This document shows, piece after piece, positions 9,243-18,858 of a stretch of 64,000 nt of DNA. This DNA is from Candidatus Saccharimonadales bacterium. Lineage in GTDB: Bacteria; Patescibacteriota; Saccharimonadia; Saccharimonadales; JBGTLD01. Below the pieces are notes generated by a model. The model did no database searches. It saw only the letters and a list, made by a program, of their open reading frames with translations, and was not told the origin of the DNA. The DNA lies in assembly GCA_041744275.1 (NCBI GenBank), contig JBGTLD010000013.1:16470-80469 (forward strand), given 5' to 3'. A program made the translations under genes and the position numbers. The stretch's first letter is position 1; each line of letters opens with the position of its first letter.

Positions 9243-10778
9243 ATGAAGGCGCAAAGTATTGCAGCCATCAAACGTCAACGAACAGCAAAACTGGCTCGTC
9301 TTGTAACACGTGCTTATTATTTGAACAAACGTGGCCAAGACGATCGCATGTACTCACTTGTTTGTGACGAATTTGTGTCACTTGGTGGTGTCTATATTAA
9401 GTTCTTGCAGGGTGTATTACTACGCAGCGAGGTGATGAAACGCTGGCATAGCCCTGGTCGTCTGAAAATATTCGAAAATCTCGACACTGAGCACCTCGAC
9501 ATTGTGTCGATTCTACGCCAAGAGCTTAGCCCAGATAAACTATCTCAGATAAGTGGCGTACAGCCGCAGCCATTTGCAGCTGGTAGCTTTGGCCAAGTGT
9601 ATTATGGGCAACATATCAATGGCAAACCAGTCATTATTAAGGTTCTTAGGCCGATGATCCGTGAGCTACTCAGATATGATCTTAAGTTGCTTAACGCCTT
9701 CACAAGACGATTTTATGGTCATGCAATGTCAAATATGGACATGAACGTCAATGAGGCTATCAAAGAGTTTACGAGAGCAACACTACGCGAGACTGATTAT
9801 ATTACTGAGGCTGAATTTGCGAGTGAACTGTACGAACATTACAAAGAAAACGAGAAGTACATTATCCCGGAAACATTTATGGAGCTTTGTACAAAAAACA
9901 TTATCGTCCAAGAGTATGTTGATGGTATTTCAGTAGCGCAGATTGTCAAACTTCAAGAACAAGGTGTAGACCCAAGAACATATGTACTTGAACAACTTGG
10001 TTCCGACCTAGATCAACAATTAGAAACTCTTGGTTTTGAGTCTATAAACGGCATTTTCAACTTACGGAGAATACAGGGTGACCCACATCCTGGGAACATA
10101 AAACTTCTGACTGAAAACAGAGTTGGGGTTATTGATTTTGGAATTTCTGCAACAACACCGCAAAACAAAGCAGCATTTTTTGGTCTTCTTGAGGAATGGC
10201 ATGAGTTTTATAACGACAGTACAAGTATAGTTGGTATTTTTGAGCAGTTTATGCGCTTTTTCTCTTCTGATCTTTATGCTGCATTAAAGAAGTTAAGTGC
10301 GTTTACACAGAAAGAAACAGGAGCAAACGCAAGCTTTGCGAAAGAACTAGGTGGCATGGCTCAAGATATGCTAAGCAGTGCACTTGGTGGTCGTGATATT
10401 AAGCCATTATTGCAAAATGGTCGCATTTTACAAGTGATTAATAGAATGGTTAACAAAGACAACAGATTTGGACTTGTCATGAAACTAGAAGCATCTGAAA
10501 TAATTCGAGCAGCACAAACATACATGACGCTTATAGAAACACTTGGTCGCCAAAGCGATGTACTTCCGAAGGTACTAAAGCGAGTGGTTGAGGACGTTTC
10601 GGAAAAACACCCTGACCTACGGCACCAATCCGAAGATTCTATGAGTGTTGGCGACGCTATAGAAGTTGTCAGTAACTGGCTCGAACGTATTGCCGAGCGC
10701 GACCCAAGGCTTTTCAAACAGCTACTTGCGAAGATACGTGCAGCCGACAAATCAATGGACATTAAAGGAAAGGCATAA
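9243..10778 (+). CDS. ABC1/AarF/UbiB family atypical kinase
   Basis: LGGVYIKFLQ, PFAAGSFGQVY, VIIKVLRP, ETDY..EA, QGDPHPGN and IDFG motifs. Confidence 0.9.
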   Translation: MKAQSIAAIKRQRTAKLARLVTRAYYLNKRGQDDRMYSLVCDEFVSLGGVYIKFLQGVLLRSEVMKRWHSPGRLKIFENLDTEHLDIVSILRQELSPDKLSQISGVQPQPFAAGSFGQVYYGQHINGKPVIIKVLRPMIRELLRYDLKLLNAFTRRFYGHAMSNMDMNVNEAIKEFTRATLRETDYITEAEFASELYEHYKENEKYIIPETFMELCTKNIIVQEYVDGISVAQIVKLQEQGVDPRTYVLEQLGSDLDQQLETLGFESINGIFNLRRIQGDPHPGNIKLLTENRVGVIDFGISATTPQNKAAFFGLLEEWHEFYNDSTSIVGIFEQFMRFFSSDLYAALKKLSAFTQKETGANASFAKELGGMAQDMLSSALGGRDIKPLLQNGRILQVINRMVNKDNRFGLVMKLEASEIIRAAQTYMTLIETLGRQSDVLPKVLKRVVEDVSEKHPDLRHQSEDSMSVGDAIEVVSNWLERIAERDPRLFKQLLAKIRAADKSMDIKGKA

Positions 10779-10780
10779 TT

Positions 10781-10966
10781 ATGAGAGAGTTTCTATTGTT
10801 TATAAAGTATCCCTACACAGCTGGAGTCATCGTAACTATATGGCTTGGAACTGCCGCACTCATGGCGATTGAGTCAGATCTACCAGTAATACGCATTGTG
10901 GTCATTAATATGTTTGTGAGCGTATTTATTGCATTTATAGGCTTTCGTGGTAAGCAAGATATTTGA
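10781..10966 (+). CDS. Small two-TM membrane protein, probable paralog of 9084..9242
   Basis: 61 aa, two hydrophobic helices, shares IW and C-terminal IGF + basic residues; starts 2 nt after the kinase stop. Confidence 0.75.
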   Translation: MREFLLFIKYPYTAGVIVTIWLGTAALMAIESDLPVIRIVVINMFVSVFIAFIGFRGKQDI

Positions 10967-11006
10967 CATTTATAATTTTTTGTAGTATAATTTAGATATA
11001 GACGCT

Positions 11007-11792
11007 TTATGTGCGTATTTTTTGTATATGCTCAATCGCTAATGCCTTACCATTACTGGGATCGGTCTTTACGAGAACTGCATTGAACTGGTACGGTCTT
11101 TCGGTTGCAAGCACGTTTCGGGTTTGCTTCCCATCAAGCCAGCGCGGAATCACTGAATCAAACGAGACGCCAAGACTGGAATGAAGACTGCCGCACATAC
11201 CAACATCAGTGACATGTGCTGTACCTTTTGGCAAAACCATCGCATCGGCAGTTGGCACATGCCAATGATCACCGACTACTGCGCTAACTCGCCCATCTAG
11301 GTAGTAGCCTATGATTTTTTTCTCACTGCTGTAATCACCATGAAAGTTTACAACAGTGGCTATTTTAGGCACATCGTTCTCTTTTTTTAGAATTTCATCA
11401 ATTGATTGCAGCGGGTTTTTTACTGGCTTGTCTGCGTCTTTACCAACAATTTTACCGAGCAGGCTTACAATGAGCACACTCCCTTCTGATGTATCAATAT
11501 AACGATAACCGACTCCTGGTGTACCCTCTGGATAGTTGGCGGGACGAACAACCCGCGAGTCTTGGAGTACCTTATCCCGAAACAAACTCCAGTTACCACC
11601 CGTAAAACAGTCAATGCCCATATCGACGAGGGTTTTCATATCACCAGAAGACATGCCCTTCCCATCTGTGACGTTTTCGGCTTGAGCAATGACAAGGTCG
11701 ATTGAGTGGTGCTTTTTTAAATCAGGCAGTATTTCGGCAACAACATCAATCCCAGGACGGCCCATAATATCGCCGATATAGAGAATATTCAT
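11007..11792 (-). CDS. ymdB: YmdB-family metallophosphoesterase
   Basis: NILYIGDIMGRPG, RPANYP, GDHWHVPTAD and TDVGMCG motifs; syntenic with rny. Confidence 0.92.
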   Translation of the reverse strand: MNILYIGDIMGRPGIDVVAEILPDLKKHHSIDLVIAQAENVTDGKGMSSGDMKTLVDMGIDCFTGGNWSLFRDKVLQDSRVVRPANYPEGTPGVGYRYIDTSEGSVLIVSLLGKIVGKDADKPVKNPLQSIDEILKKENDVPKIATVVNFHGDYSSEKKIIGYYLDGRVSAVVGDHWHVPTADAMVLPKGTAHVTDVGMCGSLHSSLGVSFDSVIPRWLDGKQTRNVLATERPYQFNAVLVKTDPSNGKALAIEHIQKIRT

Positions 11793-11801
11793 ACAAATAG
11801 A

Positions 11802-12527
11802 TTACTGGTCTATCTTATAAAACCGTGACACCAACTCTGTTTGGAGTGGGTTCCAGATTTCTTTGGCTTTTTTATGAGTTAACGTACTGAGCTTAACGAG
11901 AATAATGATCAACATCGTAAGGCCAGTACACAAAAGTGCCCGTATAACGAGTAATGCGGGTGAATCACCAAGGTCAAGGAGCGCTATAAACCCTATGGTT
12001 ATTGAGAATAAGATCATCATAACCATCCACTCATTACTAAATACTTTGTTGTTCATTTGCATGGCAAAGTTTGTTCTGTTTTGCTGGTTCGCAACAAGAC
12101 CATCAAGAATTTTATCCATGTCATCCTTGTGCTTGCCCTTGTATTCAAGACAATACGATATAGCGTCTTCGTATTCTTCTTCACCACCGATTGCAGACTT
12201 GGCATCAAGTTTGGCTTGTACGTATTTCGCTACTTTTTTTTGCACGTTACTTCGAATGTCATCAGGTAGGTCTTTGGTTTTGATCATAAGACTAAAGAGT
12301 GCTATCGCCTCCGATCTTACGATACGGTGCAGGTCCTCAATCCTACCCTTCTGAGCTCCAAGAATAGGTGATATGTAGAAACCATACAAAAATGAGTTAA
12401 CCGAGAAAAGCGTTAGTGCCGCTCCCTCAAACGCAATTTGCGGTAGGAAAAACGACACTACCAGAAAGACAACAAAAAATATGTAGAAAAAATACGTAAG
12501 TCTAATCTTAATAAGTACTGATTCCAT
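11802..12527 (-). CDS. Four-TM membrane protein (DUF4239/bestrophin-like topology)
   Basis: 2 TM + helical soluble domain + 2 TM; family suggested by architecture only. Confidence 0.55.
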   Translation of the reverse strand: MESVLIKIRLTYFFYIFFVVFLVVSFFLPQIAFEGAALTLFSVNSFLYGFYISPILGAQKGRIEDLHRIVRSEAIALFSLMIKTKDLPDDIRSNVQKKVAKYVQAKLDAKSAIGGEEEYEDAISYCLEYKGKHKDDMDKILDGLVANQQNRTNFAMQMNNKVFSNEWMVMMILFSITIGFIALLDLGDSPALLVIRALLCTGLTMLIIILVKLSTLTHKKAKEIWNPLQTELVSRFYKIDQ

Positions 12528-12538
12528 GATACGTTTCC

Positions 12539-14053
12539 TTACTTCGCAAACTCAATCGCTCGAGTCTCACGGATTACATTGACTTTAATGGTGCCCGGAT
12601 ACTGCATGGTTGACTCTATCTTTGTGGCAATGTCTCTGGCAAGCTTGATTGCACTTAGGTCATCGATACTTCCAGGACGTACAAACACCCGAACCTCGCG
12701 ACCGGCACTTATTGCGTAAGACTTTTCAATTCCTTCAAAGCTATTCGCAACGTTTTCAAGTTCACGCATGCGCTCAGCAAAGTTTTCGGCAGAAACATTA
12801 CGTGCACCTGGCCGTGCGGCACTTATTGCGTCGACCACTCGTATCACTAACGCTTCTACGGTTGTCGCCTCTACGTCATCATGATGAGCCTCTACTGCAT
12901 GTGCGACTTCTTCTGGCACACCATACTTTCGAGCTATTTCGGCACCAATATGGTGGTGCTTGCCCTCTACCTTATGCGTAAGTGCTTTTCCTATATCATG
13001 AATAAGCGCAGCGTACTTTGCAGTCTTTACATTTGCGCCAATTTGCTCAGCTATCACTCCTGCAATATGTGACATTTCCGTACTGTGCTTGAGTACGTTC
13101 TGACCATATGATGTTCTGTATCGTAACTCACCGAGCAGTTGCAAGACCTCTTTTGGAATACCTATAATCCCCACTTCACGAGCTGCATCTTCACCCGCCC
13201 GTACAACTTCTTTCTGAACATTTTTTTGTGCTTTTTCAACTATTTCTTCAATGCGACCTGGGTGTACACGACCGTCTTTCAAAAGCATTTCCAGTGTCTG
13301 TCGTGCAACTTCACGCCGAATAGGGTCAAAGCTTGAGAGAATAATCATACCAGGAGTGTCGTCTACCATAATATCGACGCCAGTTACTCGCTGTAGAGCC
13401 TGAATATTACGCCCCTCTTTTCCAATAATTCGGCCCTTCATATCCTCGTCCTCTAAGCGCACTGCGGTAACCGTACGTTCTGCCGTTACTTCACTCGCCA
13501 TACGCTCCATTGCCTCCACGATGACGGTAGCTGCTTTTTCTTCAGCAAGATCTTTTGCTTCGTTCTGGAGCTTATTTACCAGCCCAGTAAGATCATCACG
13601 GATATCACGCTCAGTCATTTTCATGAGCTTATCGGCAGCATCTGATTTAGATAATTTCGCAATTTTCTCTAACTTTTCTTGTTGTCTAACCCGAATATCA
13701 CGAATCTCATTCTTGAGCTGTTCAACTTCATCTTCGCCCTTACGCAACGCTTCGGTACGCCTGTCTAAGTCGTCGAGTTTTTTATCTAGTGATTCTTCGC
13801 GACCAATAAGTCTTTGCTCGATATCTTTAATTTCTTTGCGTCGTGTGGTTTCGTCTTTTCGTGCAGCATCAGCAAGCTGTGCAGCTTCTTCACGAGCCTC
13901 AGCAAGTGCCTTCTCAGCTTCTTTCTTTGCTTTTTTAAGTTCCTTTTCTGCTTGCTCCTCCGCTGAGCCAATTTTGCGTTTCATAAGCACTGAATTCGCA
14001 GTGAAACCAGCAGCAATACCTGCCGCTGCAAGTAAGAGGGTAAATGGATCCAT
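12539..14053 (-). CDS. rny: Ribonuclease Y
   Basis: N-terminal TM, coiled coil, KH domain (KGRIIGKEGRNI), HD domain (HDIGKA). Confidence 0.97.
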   Translation of the reverse strand: MDPFTLLLAAAGIAAGFTANSVLMKRKIGSAEEQAEKELKKAKKEAEKALAEAREEAAQLADAARKDETTRRKEIKDIEQRLIGREESLDKKLDDLDRRTEALRKGEDEVEQLKNEIRDIRVRQQEKLEKIAKLSKSDAADKLMKMTERDIRDDLTGLVNKLQNEAKDLAEEKAATVIVEAMERMASEVTAERTVTAVRLEDEDMKGRIIGKEGRNIQALQRVTGVDIMVDDTPGMIILSSFDPIRREVARQTLEMLLKDGRVHPGRIEEIVEKAQKNVQKEVVRAGEDAAREVGIIGIPKEVLQLLGELRYRTSYGQNVLKHSTEMSHIAGVIAEQIGANVKTAKYAALIHDIGKALTHKVEGKHHHIGAEIARKYGVPEEVAHAVEAHHDDVEATTVEALVIRVVDAISAARPGARNVSAENFAERMRELENVANSFEGIEKSYAISAGREVRVFVRPGSIDDLSAIKLARDIATKIESTMQYPGTIKVNVIRETRAIEFAK

Positions 14054-14246
14054 GTGTTCCCTTTCTAATGGGTACTAGAGGTGCCCTCGACCCTGCAATC
14101 ACTATCACTTCTTTAGCAAAGACGTAACGACACCCTAGAAAATCAAAAAATTATTTAAATTAAGTACAGTTAGCCGGACTTTTTGACCGAAATATTGATC
14201 TAAATCCTTATAAAGTAATATACGCGGTTCTGATGCGTGCGGTCAA

Positions 14247-15176
14247 CTATTGCTGCGTTGCTCTCACGACAAGGCGTTGTTCGTATTTGTTTGTACGCAC
14301 ATCGAAGCGATTAGAATACGACACGAGTGTGAGACCGTTCGCTTCTTCATTATCCACTGTTACTGCATTACTGATATCAAGTGAATCTCTGTCTACGCGC
14401 TCTATACTACTTACGGTGTACTTGAAAATTTGGTTGTCACCTCTACGGACAATTATTTCGTCATCGACCTGCAGCGAGCCTATGCGTGCAAATACACCAG
14501 GTTCATTCACACCGCTCACGTGACCATGAAGTAAAACTGCACCAATTTCACCTGGCTTGGCACTCACATCATGCCAGCCAGCATCAAAAATATTGTCTGG
14601 AAGTTCAAGTTTGTTATCGCTACGAACTGGCATGCGGACGATTCTTGCGAGCACATCTAGTTTTGGTATTTCAATTTCTTTTGGTAGATCTGGGGCAACA
14701 TCATATTCAGCAATAGCTTGCATTGAAACAGCGGCCTCGCTCGGTACAACACCTCCGCTTGCCCCATCCTCACGAGCTCCTAACACGCTTGGCGCCGTAG
14801 CCACCTCTTGTACATTCGTGTCTTGTGTATCGAGCAGGACATACCCTAGAACACTTGCATTCATAACTACAACCGCAAATAGAGCAAAAACTTTAAAATT
14901 AATCCTATCCGTAAGTTTTTGCTTCTTTTTAAATTTTGGTGCAAACGTTCGTCGTATGAGCACCGCGGAGCGTTTCTGTCTTGGCATGGCAGGCTTGTGC
15001 GTAGACGCAGCTCTACGTGGTTTGATAACATCACTACCTGTTAATTTTGGTGGTTCTATTTTTTGATTCACCGAAGCTACATGATTGCGCGCAGCATAGC
15101 GCGCTCTTGTGGGCGTACTACTCGCGAGTCTTCGGGTTGGGTTTCTTTGTGTTCGATTTATGCCATCGATAGACAT
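14247..15176 (-). CDS. Class F sortase paralog lacking the catalytic Cys (start may extend to 15224)
   Basis: IEIPKL, AGWH, LHGHV and QRLVVRA retained, but the TLxTC motif reads LTLVSY. Confidence 0.8.
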   Translation of the reverse strand: MSIDGINRTQRNPTRRLASSTPTRARYAARNHVASVNQKIEPPKLTGSDVIKPRRAASTHKPAMPRQKRSAVLIRRTFAPKFKKKQKLTDRINFKVFALFAVVVMNASVLGYVLLDTQDTNVQEVATAPSVLGAREDGASGGVVPSEAAVSMQAIAEYDVAPDLPKEIEIPKLDVLARIVRMPVRSDNKLELPDNIFDAGWHDVSAKPGEIGAVLLHGHVSGVNEPGVFARIGSLQVDDEIIVRRGDNQIFKYTVSSIERVDRDSLDISNAVTVDNEEANGLTLVSYSNRFDVRTNKYEQRLVVRATQQ

Positions 15177-15237
15177 GAGATTACGTGTCCTTTTGAGTAC
15201 AAGTGTAACATTAGCGTAATACACTTGACTAGTTGGC

Positions 15238-15615
15238 TTATTTTTTGGGTACTGTTACTGCGGCTGGTGCGCCGTACATAGGCACAGTTTGCGTCAACCT
15301 ATTAGGTACTTGGTCTAGGTTGTGCCATGCATCCCCTGTACCACCTACAACAGGAATGTTGAGCGCATACCCGAGTGCATTCGCAACACTCACACCAATA
15401 CGGAGCCCCGTAAAAGATCCAGGTCCAGCATACACAACAATCGCGTCCAAACTTGAGAGCTCCACCCCAGCCATGGAGAGAACTTCGTCTATCTTTTGAT
15501 GTAGCGTTTCGGCTAACTGGCGGTGAGCCGTCCAACTATGCGTCGTAATTTCTTTACCGTCGTGCATGAGTGCAACAACTGCAGTAGGATTATCAGTTTT
15601 AAGCGTAAGGATCAT
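15238..15615 (-). CDS. tsaB: TsaB, short form
   Basis: GPGSFTGLRIG motif; 125 aa; coupled to tsaE. Confidence 0.9.
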   Translation of the reverse strand: MILTLKTDNPTAVVALMHDGKEITTHSWTAHRQLAETLHQKIDEVLSMAGVELSSLDAIVVYAGPGSFTGLRIGVSVANALGYALNIPVVGGTGDAWHNLDQVPNRLTQTVPMYGAPAAVTVPKK

Positions 15616-16082
15616 ATATTTTCCAGCTGTTTCTTAATAGCTTGGTATTGTTCTGGTATTGAAAAGGCTAGCTCGCGCTCAGTCTCTCCGGTGTGAACAA
15701 TGTTAATATGTATCCGCTTTTCAGGCAAACTAGCTGCAACCGCATTGCCCCACTCTATAATAACGACACCTCGTGGGTCCTCTAGCGCGTCAATGAGTTC
15801 ATAGCTCGCTAGCCCTGCTTCCTGTAGGCGATAAAAATCAAAATGATACAGTGTCAGCGTATCTGCTTCATACATTTTACTTACAGTAAATGTAGGACTT
15901 GCCACAGCATCTGCACTACCAGCACCTGCAGCGATACCTCTCGTAAGTGTGGTCTTACCCCCTCCGAGATCACTGCTAATTTCTATGATCTCACCACCGC
16001 TCAGCGCATGTCCAATTGCCTCGCCGATGCGCACTGTGCACTCGGGGTCATTTGAATTAAATGTTTTGCTATAATTTGACAT
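15612..16082 (-). CDS. tsaE: tRNA t6A biosynthesis ATPase TsaE
   Basis: DLGGGKTT, SPTF, HFDFYRL and IIEW motifs. Confidence 0.95.
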   Translation of the reverse strand: MSNYSKTFNSNDPECTVRIGEAIGHALSGGEIIEISSDLGGGKTTLTRGIAAGAGSADAVASPTFTVSKMYEADTLTLYHFDFYRLQEAGLASYELIDALEDPRGVVIIEWGNAVAASLPEKRIHINIVHTGETERELAFSIPEQYQAIKKQLENI

Positions 16083-16143
16083 TAATTATTATAGTACCTT
16101 GGTCTAACTCTATAGCGAAACCATATTTCGCGCTATACTAGTC

Positions 16144-16668
16144 TTGACCATGCTTATACTTAGCGCTTCACTACAAAACCGCCCTATACTATCCCTGAGG
16201 ACAGGTGGTGTCGTCGCCACTACAACCGGACTGATTATCAACCCCAACAATCTAAAAATTGAGGGTTTTTATTGCCAAGATAAGTTTGATAAATCACAAA
16301 AAGTTCTTGTGTCAATTGAAGTGAGAGATATTTTACCGCAAGGAATAGTTGTAAACGATCACGAATCACTGAGTGACGCGAGTGACCTAGTCAGGCTTCA
16401 GCCAGTTATGGATATCGGCTTTGATGTAATCAACAAAACTGTCGTAACGGCATCCAAGACACGCGTAGGAAAAGTCGGAGACTACGCAGCAGACAGCAGT
16501 AGTCTTTACATTCAAAAACTATACGTTCAACGGAGCTTACTAAAAAGCATTGGCGGAGGCCAACTGAGTATTGACCGCAATAGTATTATCGAAATAACAA
16601 ATAAAAAAATAATAGTGCAGGAAATTCTGAAACCATTGAAAGGTTCGGTTGCTACTGCTACAAACTAG
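16144..16668 (+). CDS. Tandem PRC-barrel domain protein
   Basis: Two PRC-like repeats (PILSLRTGGVV..., KTVVTASKTRVGKVGDY). Confidence 0.6.
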   Translation: MTMLILSASLQNRPILSLRTGGVVATTTGLIINPNNLKIEGFYCQDKFDKSQKVLVSIEVRDILPQGIVVNDHESLSDASDLVRLQPVMDIGFDVINKTVVTASKTRVGKVGDYAADSSSLYIQKLYVQRSLLKSIGGGQLSIDRNSIIEITNKKIIVQEILKPLKGSVATATN

Positions 16669-16689
16669 CGAGTCACAAATAGCTCAGAC

Positions 16690-17298
16690 CTACTCCGGTT
16701 GATCACTCAGCACTGATCGAACGTCACCGTAGTTATATCCTTGTCTGAGTAAGTATTGGATGAGTTTTTGTTCATCTTGATACTTTGTTTGTGTACGCTT
16801 TTTCTCAACAACACGGCGTAGCAGCTCATGCTCATCTGTGTCATCTGACTCGAGCGCCTGAGCAATCACATCATCGGCAACGCGCTTTTGGCGAAGCTCT
16901 TGCTGCAAGCGTCGTGTACTCGTAGATTTAAGTAGTCGCCTATTCTCTATCCACCGCTCAGCAAATACTGCGTCATTTACATAGCCTCGTTCAGTTAGCC
17001 GCTCAATTGTAATTTCAATAACCTCGTCTGGATGCTCTTTACGCCGTAAATAATCTCGAAGCTCCCACTCAGATCGCACTCGACGCGATAATTGCCCAAG
17101 AGCTTGGTCGTATGCCTTGTCAGCAACGGCATTATTCCGTAGAGCGATAAGCTCGTCTTCGGTAATTTCTTGGTTAACTCGTAATCCGATTTTAAGCAGT
17201 TCATTTTCAGAAAAAGAAAATGTGTACTTGCCATCCAGGAATATAGAGTATCTGTCAGTGCGTTTAACTTGCTGTTTGATCGCTGAAATCTTCACCAT
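16690..17298 (-). CDS. recX: RecX regulatory protein
   Basis: RYSIFLDG, RSEWELRDYL, GYVND..FA..W and YLLRQGY motifs; downstream of recA. Confidence 0.92.
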   Translation of the reverse strand: MVKISAIKQQVKRTDRYSIFLDGKYTFSFSENELLKIGLRVNQEITEDELIALRNNAVADKAYDQALGQLSRRVRSEWELRDYLRRKEHPDEVIEITIERLTERGYVNDAVFAERWIENRRLLKSTSTRRLQQELRQKRVADDVIAQALESDDTDEHELLRRVVEKKRTQTKYQDEQKLIQYLLRQGYNYGDVRSVLSDQPE

Positions 17299-17509
17299 AT
17301 ACATCCATTGTAACTGTTGAATGCTCAACTACGATATGTGATGCAAATATAAGTCCGCAGACTTTGTGTCCCTGAACCAAGAAATAAGCTTGGTGACCTT
17401 CACCGCAATCGTATAACCCGTCATCTCTATCAGTAAGAGCTCCTATCATATTCTCATAAAAACACTCCGGTGATTTACGAGAATGAAGGTTGTATATCTT
17501 TGATTTCAT
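17264..17509 (-). CDS. Small hypothetical ORF or gene remnant between recA and recX
   Basis: 81 aa with Cys/His residues; overlaps the recX start. Confidence 0.3.
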   Translation of the reverse strand: MKSKIYNLHSRKSPECFYENMIGALTDRDDGLYDCGEGHQAYFLVQGHKVCGLIFASHIVVEHSTVTMDVYGEDFSDQTAS

Positions 17510-17607
17510 TGTAAGTAAAATAAATTTTACTCCAACAATAAATCAACAGCAATATGCTGCTTATGATTATCTAAAAACAAAAGCAAATATATCGCTCGAG
17601 GTATATT

Positions 17608-18654
17608 CTAGGCAGTTTCGGCCACGACAGCCGCACGCACCTTGCCTGCAAGGTCTTCCATAGCTTTTGGGGTGTCAACCAAATGCTGGCGCATGCCTTC
17701 TCGGCCAGAAAACTTCTGGTCGTTGTAACTAAACCAAGCACCAGCTTTTTCTATAAGACTGTATTTTACTGCGAGATCCAAGATGTCGCCCGAGCGTGAA
17801 ATACCTTGGTTGTACATAATGTCAAACTCGGCTTCACGAAACGGTGGGGCGATTTTGTTCTTCACCACTTTCACGCGAGTTCTGTTACCCACCACAGCAT
17901 CACCCTGCTTAATCTGTGCCGTCCTGCGGATATCCATACGCACACTCGCGTAAAACTTTAGTGCGTTACCGCCAGTCGTCGTCTCAGGGTTCCCGAACAT
18001 GACACCAATCTTCATACGGATCTGATTGATAAATATCACCGTTGCATGTGAGCGGCTAATGACGCCAGTAAGCTTACGGAGCGCTTGGCTCATAAGCCTC
18101 GCCTGAAGACCCATGTGACTATCGCCCATATCTCCCTCTATTTCTGCACGCGGTACAAGTGCGGCGACAGAGTCAACCACAATTAAATCAACTGCGTTTG
18201 AGCGCACAAGTGTCTCAACAATTTCAAGCGCCTGCTCACCGTTATCCGGCTGTGAGAGTAGCAAGTTTTCGACATCCACACCAATCCGCTTTGCATAGCT
18301 TGGGTCAAGTGCATGCTCAGCATCTATAAACGCTGCTGTGCCGCCCTGCTTTTGAATTTCTGCAATGGCATGGAGTGTGAGCGTCGTCTTACCTGAACTT
18401 TCTGGGCCGTAGATTTCAATGACACGCCCTTTTGGGATACCACCGCCAAGCGCAATATCCAGGCTCAAGCTGCCCGTAGGAATCGTCTCGACATTCACTC
18501 TATGAGCATCTCCAAGCTTCATGATTGAGCCTTTACCAAACTGCTTCTCTATTGTCTCGAGTGCAAGCCCAAGGGCTTTATCTTTTCCTTCATTCTTCAC
18601 ATTATCAGTTTTGGTGTTGTCTAGTTTTGGTTCGCCTTTACTCTTCGCGGCCAT
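17608..18654 (-). CDS. recA: Recombinase RecA
   Basis: [17 protein letters not shown] and [10 protein letters not shown] motifs. Confidence 0.99.
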   Translation of the reverse strand: MAAKSKGEPKLDNTKTDNVKNEGKDKALGLALETIEKQFGKGSIMKLGDAHRVNVETIPTGSLSLDIALGGGIPKGRVIEIYGPESSGKTTLTLHAIAEIQKQGGTAAFIDAEHALDPSYAKRIGVDVENLLLSQPDNGEQALEIVETLVRSNAVDLIVVDSVAALVPRAEIEGDMGDSHMGLQARLMSQALRKLTGVISRSHATVIFINQIRMKIGVMFGNPETTTGGNALKFYASVRMDIRRTAQIKQGDAVVGNRTRVKVVKNKIAPPFREAEFDIMYNQGISRSGDILDLAVKYSLIEKAGAWFSYNDQKFSGREGMRQHLVDTPKAMEDLAGKVRAAVVAETA

Positions 18655-18858
18655 AAGAAATACCCTTCTGCTTTAAATAGCTGTTACCCAGTCTGCAATA
18701 CAGTATAACAAATAGCGCTCTACTTCAGTTGATGAATTAATGACATGATTCTCGCATCATCAGAAGTGAGAGTGGCGCAAATAGTAGACACAGCACATTA
18801 TGACGTAATTCAAAAACTACTTAACGCTTATGATTTATTGATTTATACTGTCATATAT

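Noticed and set aside
9059-9271. Minus-strand 70-aa ORF
   Set aside because: Antisense shadow of the better-supported + strand 52-aa membrane ORF at 9084..9242.
13521-14078. Long antisense ORFs opposite rny, dnaK, ftsH, copA and the acidic protein
   Set aside because: Shadow frames produced by codon bias of the real genes.
18655-18858. LexA/SOS box in the recA-pilB divergent region
   Set aside because: No convincing CTG-N10-CAG or GAAC-N4-GTTC palindrome was found by eye.
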